From an uncultured archaeon (lineage in GTDB: Archaea > Thermoplasmatota > Penumbrarchaeia > JASLWR01), in contig CAYFHS010000015.1 in NCBI GenBank assembly GCA_964342815.1, positions 247 through 64,246 on the forward strand: a stretch of 64,000 bases of DNA. Reading direction: 5' to 3'. Positions 56,839 to 64,000 of the stretch are shown here, piece by piece; the stretch's first letter is position 1; each line of letters starts with the position of its first letter. The position numbers and the translations under genes are program-made. The notes beneath the pieces were generated by a model. The model was not told the DNA's origin. It worked only from the letters and a program-made list of their open reading frames with translations, and searched no databases.

Positions 56839-56888
56839 GGACGAAATAGATCGCGAATACCGATACCAAAAAGGAAAGGTGAAAGAAA

Positions 56889-57494
56889 ATGGAATGGACC
56901 GATAAATTTATGAAATGGTTGAAAGAAGGAAAAGAGGATGGCGAGAAGTTGCTGGACATGCCCTGGGACATCAGCGTCAAGGAAGGCTCTAAAGAGAATG
57001 TGATCACAGCGACACACCCCAAAATTCCGCTTCCTTTGAAAATATACGTTTCCAAATATTTTGCCAACCTGTACATGGATCCCGGAGTCCCCACGGATAC
57101 CATGTCCGTAGAGGAGCGGATGCGGGCTTACAAAAAATTACTGTACATGAACGCGGACCTCAATCTCATGAAGACAAGCCTGGTGGGTGTCGAACAGAGA
57201 GTTGTACTAATGGTGGACCTGGATCTGGTATGTCTGAACAAAAGCGAGTTCAATGATGCGCTGGCTGCGCTTTCTCTTGGGGTTCGCAGGGTTATCGACG
57301 CTTTCGATCTAGAGGAAGAATTGTCGGTACAAATGTTCGACCGGGCGGTTGAAATGGTGTGTGAAAAGATAAAATCCAAGGAATCGAAAGAGGATATCGT
57401 GGATTTCCTGGTGGACCGGGTCGGTATGAACGAGGAATACACAGATGAATTCATGAAAAACGTCATGGACGCCATGAAGGAATACAATAATTAA
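56889..57494 (+). CDS. Hypothetical cytoplasmic protein
   Basis: A 201-aa ORF with GAAAGGTGAAAGA upstream. No family recognised; there is a faint resemblance to YbjN/chaperone-like folds. Confidence 0.35.
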   Translation: MEWTDKFMKWLKEGKEDGEKLLDMPWDISVKEGSKENVITATHPKIPLPLKIYVSKYFANLYMDPGVPTDTMSVEERMRAYKKLLYMNADLNLMKTSLVGVEQRVVLMVDLDLVCLNKSEFNDALAALSLGVRRVIDAFDLEEELSVQMFDRAVEMVCEKIKSKESKEDIVDFLVDRVGMNEEYTDEFMKNVMDAMKEYNN

Positions 57495-57568
57495 ATATTC
57501 CCAAACCCTCGGTTACCACTAAATGTCTGCTTGCTGAATTAGGCACTTTGAATAAATTAATTCTGAAT

Positions 57569-58621
57569 TCATCCAACCTCGACTTTTTTAATTCTCGTTA
57601 TGGATAGTATAATGAATATTATCGGCAGGCAGAGGCAGATCAACAGCGAGACAAGCTGCGATACGAAATTATTCGGCGGGAGGGTGGTCAACTGGAATCC
57701 CTGGTCCATATCTATGGTATCCATGAAGGCTGCGGGATCGAAGGTCCCGGCGGTAAAACCGAATATCAGCTGGAAGTTGGGCGTGAGATCAACTGAAAAG
57801 GCATTGAGGAGCATTACATAGACGTTCCCCAGCAGGTATCCAATATCAATATAGTACAGATAATAATCCTGGTAGTATTTTGCCCCCAACAGACGGAAGA
57901 AAACGAAACCCAGGTAGAAAATCATCACCAAAAACGCCATTATAACAATGGTAAGCGCCGTCTTCCGGATCACCGTGGACAGGACCAGCGAGATGGAACC
58001 GAAAAACACCATCACCACAAAGGAATATATAACAAGGGGTGGCAGGAACGCCAGCATGGAGCTAAAAACCGATAGATGGCATCCGGAAAAATATACAAGC
58101 AGATAGCTGCTCAGAACAAACGCCAATATCTCGACCACAGCGAAGAGGATGAAGAACGCCAGGAATTTCCCCACGATCACCTCCCATCTTCTCACCGGTT
58201 TGGTTATCAGTTGAAGCATGGTCCCTTCGGTCAGCTCGGAGCTTACCATGGATGAGACCATTCCCGCACTCATGAATATCAGCGGGATACCCGCGATCCA
58301 GAGGAAAGACAGCGTGAACATATAATCCGTAAGCTTTACAAGCTGCATTTCACGGGGATAGCTCGAAATGCTATTGGGAACCAACATGGCTGCAATAACC
58401 GGAACGACACAAAGAATAATTAGATATATAACTATTCGTCGAAGGGTGAACATGTCCTTCAATGCCTGTCCCGTTATAAGCGGAAATTTGAAGCGGAGAG
58501 GGCGTATTCCCTTCCTAGTTTCTCTGGAGAAAAGACTTAACTTCCTCTTATCGTCACGGGTGATATTTTTAACGGGAGCGGATCCTTCTTGAGGGATAGT
58601 ATCATTATCCATTGAAACCAC
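57569..58621 (-). CDS. ABC-2-type transporter permease
   Basis: About 6-7 TM segments in the ABC-2 layout (first TM, large loop, then clustered TMs). It overlaps the upstream ATPase gene by 17 nt. Confidence 0.65.
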   Translation of the reverse strand: MVSMDNDTIPQEGSAPVKNITRDDKRKLSLFSRETRKGIRPLRFKFPLITGQALKDMFTLRRIVIYLIILCVVPVIAAMLVPNSISSYPREMQLVKLTDYMFTLSFLWIAGIPLIFMSAGMVSSMVSSELTEGTMLQLITKPVRRWEVIVGKFLAFFILFAVVEILAFVLSSYLLVYFSGCHLSVFSSMLAFLPPLVIYSFVVMVFFGSISLVLSTVIRKTALTIVIMAFLVMIFYLGFVFFRLLGAKYYQDYYLYYIDIGYLLGNVYVMLLNAFSVDLTPNFQLIFGFTAGTFDPAAFMDTIDMDQGFQLTTLPPNNFVSQLVSLLICLCLPIIFIILSITRIKKVEVG

Positions 58622-59639
58622 CTCCTACGGCAGGGCCGCCACCACCAAGGGGTACGTGTGATGCAACAGATCTTGCGACCCCGGTCTTGCTCTCGGCAAC
58701 AACCCTCAGGAATATATCCTCCAACGTGACTTCTTCCTTGGCGAACATATGAAGGCGGGAATCCATCTCGCGTATCAGGTCTGGCAGATCGTCCTTCAGC
58801 GTTTCCGGATCTTCACAGATAAGATGCAGCCGCTCCTTTTCATCGAACCACATCTTCGATATGTAATCGGTTTTTTTAAAGTCATCATAATAATTATCAT
58901 TATGATCCGTATCCAGTATGAAATGGTCTCCGGCATACAGGTTCTTCAACGAATTTATATTATCTGAGAGGATAATGCGACCGGCATTGATTATGGTGAC
59001 CTCGTCAGCAAGTTTCTCGATCTCGGATAAAATGTGGCTGGAGACGAGAACGGTCAGTTCCTTTTCGTCGGCCAGACTACGGACCTGGTTGATGATGTTC
59101 GCCCTGCCCAATGGATCGAGGTTTGCAGTGGGTTCGTCCAGAATCAACAGTTCGGGTTCGTGAACCAGGGCTTGTGCAAGACCCGCTTTCTGCTTCATCC
59201 CGGCAGAGAAGGCGTTGACATCCCGCTCCATTGCAGCCTCCAGTTCCAACCATTCTATGAGTTCCATGGCATTGTTCTTAGCCCTAGTTCGACTCAAACC
59301 CCCAAGTCTTCCAAGGTACACCAGATATTTGTAAAATGAGTAATGGTAGAACTTAGGGTGCTCCGGGAGATAACCGATATAGGATTTGGCTTTCAATGAT
59401 CCCGCCCGCTTCCCCTTGATATAGGCTTTACCTGAAGTGATGGAAATAGCACCAACCAGCATCTTTATCGCAGTGCTTTTTCCTGCGCCGTTAGGTCCCA
59501 GAAAACCATGTATTCCACCGGTCACCTCGAGATCGATTCCATTCACGGCCTTCACTGCTTTCGGTCCGATTCCGAAACGTTTGGTCAGGTTTTTCGTTTC
59601 GATGACGTAATCAGTCAAGCCAATCACCACCTTCGTCAT
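58605..59639 (-). CDS. ABC transporter ATP-binding protein
   Basis: GFLGPNGAGKST is Walker A, FSAGMKQKAGLAQAL is the signature, LLILDEPTANLD is Walker B, and SSH is the H-loop. The start is ATG at 59639 or TTG at 59618, overlapping or abutting the stop of the giant upstream gene at 59611. Confidence 0.88.
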   Translation of the reverse strand: MTKVVIGLTDYVIETKNLTKRFGIGPKAVKAVNGIDLEVTGGIHGFLGPNGAGKSTAIKMLVGAISITSGKAYIKGKRAGSLKAKSYIGYLPEHPKFYHYSFYKYLVYLGRLGGLSRTRAKNNAMELIEWLELEAAMERDVNAFSAGMKQKAGLAQALVHEPELLILDEPTANLDPLGRANIINQVRSLADEKELTVLVSSHILSEIEKLADEVTIINAGRIILSDNINSLKNLYAGDHFILDTDHNDNYYDDFKKTDYISKMWFDEKERLHLICEDPETLKDDLPDLIREMDSRLHMFAKEEVTLEDIFLRVVAESKTGVARSVASHVPLGGGGPAVGGGFNG

Positions 59640-62600
59640 GGGAATATCCGTCTTCACTTGACAAGTCACTACTTGTCCAGTGTGGTGAGTCAGCCGGGTC
59701 ACCTACATCGGGCCAATCCTCATCTCGATAGGGGCCCGACGACCATTCATCCCCTTCATCCTCCTCAGAATGGAAATCTTCTGGGGGTGGCAAGTATTCA
59801 ACTCCTCCGCCATCCGGGTAAGGCAACTCAGGGGTTTGGGCATCCTGCCAACCCTCACTCGGCCCATCACTCTGTCCTACGTAGTCCACCTCATCGGTCA
59901 GAAACATGGATGTGATCCTGATATCGCTCTTTTCTCGAGTCCACACGCGGTTGATGTTCTTTTTCGCCGAAGTGATGAATTCTTCCTGTTCGGATTCTTC
60001 CTTTTCCTTTAAAACCTCTTTTTGTTTTCCCATTCGTTTCTCCCTTCTTGCTCGGGTGACCATGGGAAGGGCGATACTGAGAATAAACAGCAACAATAAT
60101 ATTCCGATTATTACGTAATTTATCACCGTGGGTAGAGTGGATTCAGGGACATCGATAACAACCGTATCCGAAATGGTACCTCCGAAATCGTCGGTAAGCC
60201 TCACCTCTATGACATGCTCGCCTCCTGTCATTGTCAATTCGGCGGTACCATCATCAAAGTAACCCCAGCTTTTCCTATCCACGAATAGTTCGCATCTAAC
60301 CGAATCTTTATCCCATGACACACTAACCACATCTCCGCCCACAGAGCCCGGTGACGGGCTGAGAATATTCAACCCGAAGGTGGAATCCAGTCTGAATACG
60401 AGATCGGAAGTAGACAGCATAAGATCAGCCCTGCTGTCCCCGTTCACGTCGCTTGTGGAAAGGATATTGGCTTCCGGTAGAGGAATGGTCCGATAAGAAG
60501 TATATCCTTCCGTCTCGATCATTTTAAGTTCGGTTATTCTCTTAACCTCCGTCTCCACCTGATACAACAGCACCAGATCCTTTTTTCCGTCACCGCTGAA
60601 ATCATCGACCTCGGTTATGAAAGAGACCGGAGGTGGATTCGAATCCTCTTCGATCTTAACGGGGGATTTCTGGTATTTGTATCTATTCGACGGTTTTCCA
60701 CTGGCTCCATCCAGTATCAAAATTTCCGAAACAGACGCCACTGCAATATCGCCGATGCCATCGCCTGTCGAGTCATCGATAAAGGTCATAGGGACCGAAC
60801 TATCGTATTCGGTCTGTACTCTTCCGAAAATACCTTTGTATTCCCACAAGTTCCGGTTGTCCTTACCGCTGATAGCCTTTACCGCCGGACCCTCTTCCCA
60901 TTCTTCCGACCATTTATCAAATACTATCACGTCGGAATAGCCGTCATCATTGTAATCATCACCGTATATGGAGCTTAGTCCCTCGGTCAATTTTGTGGCA
61001 AAGTTAAAGCGTTCCATATCCTTAAGAGCATTGTATTTATCATCTTGGGAGGGATCAAGGTTCAACGGCATTCCGGAGGAGGTATCCAGGATTATTATCC
61101 CGTTGGAGTTAGGGCCCCAGTACTGCAAACCCAACTCGTCGACGCCGTCGCCGTTCACGTCACCCAAAACGGTTATACGGGAGGGATCAAAATTATCGAT
61201 ATAAGGGAAAAAATCGCTTATTCGTGGTAATTCACCCTTTTTTTCCGGATCATTGGAAGAGTTATCCAGAGTAACTAAAAAAATATCGGGGAAGATCCAT
61301 ATGGGCTTTACTAGGGCCTCCCCCGTCTTCTTGATAAGACCGCAGTATATTCGATCCCAACTAGCGCTCAGAACGTGATAGCTCCCGTTACTCTGCTGCA
61401 TCACTCTATAAAAATTATTTTCCTGGGAAAGAAATTCCACCTTGGTGGTGTCAGACGTCTTACCCCCAATACCACTGCCTCCTGGGACAAATAGACCCTG
61501 CACGATAGAATTGTTATCCGGCCTCATAATGGTTATGAGAGGTTCGCCTCCCGCAACCTTGATAATTACGTTATCTCTTGATATCTTTTCAGCTGATGTG
61601 AAACATTCGAGGGTGATATTATGAATTCCCGGGGATAGCTTCTTCCCCAGCCACTCTCCTTCAGTGAGGTTCCCGTCTATACTCGATATCCAACGTGCGT
61701 TCTGTTGGATCGATCCGGGATTATATGCGTTCATATGTACTTCATCATCCGGAGAATAGATATTTTTCACGAGGTTCATCTTATCGCGTATGAAGGCAAG
61801 CGGGAAAGCACCTTCTTTAATCCTCACCGACACCTTTTTTGTAGCTGTCAAACCCTTGCTGTTATCCACAGTTACATTTATATCATGGAAACCTTTGGAA
61901 AGCTTAGCCGAGATATCCCTACCCGTTCCAATTATATCGTCCAGAGATGATCGCCACGTAATATTGAGCTTCTCATTGGACGCAAATCCATTATTATTGG
62001 TATTTATCTCCACGCCCATCTCCATTCCCTCGCCATCTCTCCCCGTGAGGATCCCGGCATATGGTCGGTTGATGGAGATGTCCACGGTACGCCTGTAAAT
62101 GTTCAAAGGAAACGTCCTTCTCCCGGTCACCAGAAAATTGTTCTTCGCTTCCACCGTAACCGAATGTAGACCGGGAGTGGAGAAATAATGTGATGCCGGG
62201 TTAGAATAGACAATCAGGGGATTATAGGGTCCGGAAAAGTTAAAAGAAATGTTTTCGAAGGTGCCCTGAAGACCGGTATTGGCGCTAGCCATTGATGAAG
62301 ACATGTCGAAAATGATATTATGTCCTGCCGGGAAACTTAAACCGTCACGATAGAAGTTCTCCGTTTCGTCACGAGCGTTAAGTTTTATCAAAGGTTCCTC
62401 GTCTGCGTAAACCATCAAAATACGTTTTGCTGCTACCGAGACCATGCCGTTACGTTTAAGGGAGCAAGTTATTATATGTCGACCGGGATTGAGAGACTCT
62501 ATCATATGGTTACCCGTGCCCAGAAACCCGTCTATATCCGAAGCATATTCTACTGAAAAAAGGGTTTGCGGTATGTTATAATAATTAATCTCTGCGCTGA

Positions 62601-64000
62601 TGTTTATTTGATCGCTGGAAAGCGCTGATAAATCCTCCTGATCATTGGGACGCGAGATTTCATTAATATTCAGATTTCGGATCATAGGATCCCCTCCCGC
62701 ATACACCTTGACATTCCTTTCTATGAACGATGTATTTCCGCCGGTGTCCCTTATCGTTAGCCGTACAATGAAAATACCCTCGTGGTCGTATGTATGATTT
62801 GCTTTGGCGCTAAATGATACGTTGCCGTCCCCAAAGTCCCAGGTGTAATTATCAATAGCAGCCGGACCGCCGGGATAACTACCGGATGAATCGAAGTTCA
62901 TATTGGTGGAGGTCGTTGTAATGGATAGATCGGAATAAGGAAAGACTGGGACGGGATATCCCGGTGGTACAACTTGGAGCTGTATCGATCTATTATCATA
63001 TGTACCGTTGGTGTCGTTCCGTACTGAAAGATTTACCCTGAAGGCCCCTGCCCTGGAATAGATATGGGAAAGACCGTGTTCATGGGAGATATTCCCGTCC
63101 CCGAGATCCCAAGTGACGTTATCGACATTTACGTCACCTTTAGGCTGGTAGCTGAAGTCGACGTTTCCTCCGACCTTGGAATCGTTCGCGGGACTTGTGA
63201 TCACGGCGAATGGTGCATCGCTGCCTCTTACCACAATGTAACGCGCAGCTGTGTGTAGCTGGCCGAACTCTTCCATTATCCCTTCCAGTACGTATTCCCC
63301 GGTTACAAGACCAATGTCGGCTTCTCTACCGCTGGCTGCAGTTACTCCGTTCACTTCCCATCGGATCGTCAGATCATCAATATCCACACTCCTGCCCTGG
63401 AGATCAACGTTCATGGAAACATGGAAAGGTACTCCGTCACGAAGGTCCGGCTCACTGTTATCCTTTCCCGTGAATTCGATCCGGGGAATGAGGTCCGGCT
63501 CACTGTTGACATTGATCTGCACCGTATCCCGAGAAATGTATCCAGAACTTGCGATACCTGCGAGAGTGATTGTGTGCGTACCTTCACTGAGATAGGTATT
63601 GATCGAAGAGGAATAATTCTCAAGTATTCCATCTATATTGCTTTTCCAGATATACCTATCCGAGGAAAAATTGCTTGTTTCAGCCCATAAGGAGATCGGT
63701 TCCAGATCATCGAATGATTTTCCCTCGGTACCGGCGATCTTCACTTCCGGCATTCTCCCGTTGAAAGATGTTATTTTTCGAGTGTACACCGAACTCAGGC
63801 CAATTTCGTTGGTGACGTTCAGGGAAATAATATGTTCTCCGCTGTTATTGAAATGATAAGTAATGGAGCTTTCGTTACCGGCATAAACTCCATCCACAGT
63901 CCATCTGTAATTTATTATCGTATGTTCCATGGGATGTTCGGCTGCGGCCTGCGATGGACCTGCATCAAAATGTACCATTGCATGATTTTCAAAGTGGTAT
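59611..64000 (-). CDS. Giant type-I surface protein with multiple PKD/Ig-like domains, an FG-GAP-type propeller, a TM segment and an acidic tail; N-terminus outside window
   Basis: The frame stays open upstream of the annotated Met to the window edge (...YHFENHAMVHFDAGPS sits inside a PKD motif). Repeated PKD signatures include NYTWDFGDGNVS...HTYDHEGIFIVRLTIRDTGGN. FG-GAP-like Ca loops include DVNGDGVDELG, DDYNDDGYSDVIVF, DDSTGDGIGDIAVAS, DDFSGDGKKDLVLL and DVNGDSRADLMLS. TM segment VINYVIIGILLLLFILSIALPMV plus RARREKR and a Asp/Glu/Trp-rich tail. Confidence 0.75.
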   Translation of the reverse strand, partial: YHFENHAMVHFDAGPSQAAAEHPMEHTIINYRWTVDGVYAGNESSITYHFNNSGEHIISLNVTNEIGLSSVYTRKITSFNGRMPEVKIAGTEGKSFDDLEPISLWAETSNFSSDRYIWKSNIDGILENYSSSINTYLSEGTHTITLAGIASSGYISRDTVQINVNSEPDLIPRIEFTGKDNSEPDLRDGVPFHVSMNVDLQGRSVDIDDLTIRWEVNGVTAASGREADIGLVTGEYVLEGIMEEFGQLHTAARYIVVRGSDAPFAVITSPANDSKVGGNVDFSYQPKGDVNVDNVTWDLGDGNISHEHGLSHIYSRAGAFRVNLSVRNDTNGTYDNRSIQLQVVPPGYPVPVFPYSDLSITTTSTNMNFDSSGSYPGGPAAIDNYTWDFGDGNVSFSAKANHTYDHEGIFIVRLTIRDTGGNTSFIERNVKVYAGGDPMIRNLNINEISRPNDQEDLSALSSDQINISAEINYYNIPQTLFSVEYASDIDGFLGTGNHMIESLNPGRHIITCSLKRNGMVSVAAKRILMVYADEEPLIKLNARDETENFYRDGLSFPAGHNIIFDMSSSMASANTGLQGTFENISFNFSGPYNPLIVYSNPASHYFSTPGLHSVTVEAKNNFLVTGRRTFPLNIYRRTVDISINRPYAGILTGRDGEGMEMGVEINTNNNGFASNEKLNITWRSSLDDIIGTGRDISAKLSKGFHDINVTVDNSKGLTATKKVSVRIKEGAFPLAFIRDKMNLVKNIYSPDDEVHMNAYNPGSIQQNARWISSIDGNLTEGEWLGKKLSPGIHNITLECFTSAEKISRDNVIIKVAGGEPLITIMRPDNNSIVQGLFVPGGSGIGGKTSDTTKVEFLSQENNFYRVMQQSNGSYHVLSASWDRIYCGLIKKTGEALVKPIWIFPDIFLVTLDNSSNDPEKKGELPRISDFFPYIDNFDPSRITVLGDVNGDGVDELGLQYWGPNSNGIIILDTSSGMPLNLDPSQDDKYNALKDMERFNFATKLTEGLSSIYGDDYNDDGYSDVIVFDKWSEEWEEGPAVKAISGKDNRNLWEYKGIFGRVQTEYDSSVPMTFIDDSTGDGIGDIAVASVSEILILDGASGKPSNRYKYQKSPVKIEEDSNPPPVSFITEVDDFSGDGKKDLVLLYQVETEVKRITELKMIETEGYTSYRTIPLPEANILSTSDVNGDSRADLMLSTSDLVFRLDSTFGLNILSPSPGSVGGDVVSVSWDKDSVRCELFVDRKSWGYFDDGTAELTMTGGEHVIEVRLTDDFGGTISDTVVIDVPESTLPTVINYVIIGILLLLFILSIALPMVTRARREKRMGKQKEVLKEKEESEQEEFITSAKKNINRVWTREKSDIRITSMFLTDEVDYVGQSDGPSEGWQDAQTPELPYPDGGGVEYLPPPEDFHSEEDEGDEWSSGPYRDEDWPDVGDPADSPHWTSSDLSSEDGYSHDEGGDWLD

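Noticed and set aside
1-64000. CRISPR arrays, rRNA genes, integrases or transposases, and prophage near the tRNA
   Set aside because: I saw no regularly spaced direct repeats of CRISPR type. No product in the six-frame track resembles an integrase, transposase or Cas protein. Genes flanking the tRNA are ordinary membrane or enzymatic genes.

Overview
The window looks like an archaeal chromosomal segment. Evidence: a class II tRNA-Ser carrying a bulge-helix-bulge intron, TTTATATA-type boxes about 27 nt upstream of ATGs (leaderless style), KaiC-like ATPases, Mvh-type [NiFe] hydrogenase, HdrA and MvhD. Gene content suggests an anaerobic, protein-degrading sediment archaeon, but lineage cannot be fixed from sequence alone. 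Content from left to right: (1) a secreted prenyltransferase/cyclase-repeat protein that runs off the left edge; (2) three tandem KaiC-family genes, one intact and two degenerate, convergent with a 926-aa propeller/helical-repeat/double-zinc-ribbon protein; (3) an intron-containing tRNA-Ser(GGA); (4) membrane OB-fold, PKD and CYTH proteins; (5) a cysteine-less radical-SAM/SPASM-like protein; (6) about 440 nt of GC-enriched, hairpin-dense non-coding sequence that I read as an unclassified structured RNA; (7) a riboflavin-pathway reductase, a Mut7-C RNase, dnaJ, hutU and an orphan UBC/E2-fold protein; (8) a cell-surface proteolysis/adhesion cluster with a C25-like peptidase, an FG-GAP integrin-like giant protein and an M14 carboxypeptidase; (9) acr3-arsR, another surface protein, a CDF transporter and a tautomerase; (10) a complete hypC-A-D-E-B-F operon divergent from an 11-kb redox cluster; (11) mvhG-mvhA on the opposite strand; (12) an ABC-2 exporter co-oriented with a giant PKD/FG-GAP protein that runs off the right edge. 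The redox cluster holds hdrA, a second hdrA split and interleaved with NuoE/F/G-type modules, two mvhD genes, AsrA/AsrB(Flx)-like genes and a hydrogenase protease. The best leads are the structured RNA (11224-11660), the split/interleaved hdrA-NuoEFG arrangement (42815-47707), the 176-nt duplication/insertion at the mvhD 5' end, the orphan E2 and the Cys-less radical-SAM homolog. I saw no CRISPR array, rRNA, integrase or transposase. All homology calls rest on motif recognition by eye in the supplied translations, not on database searches.
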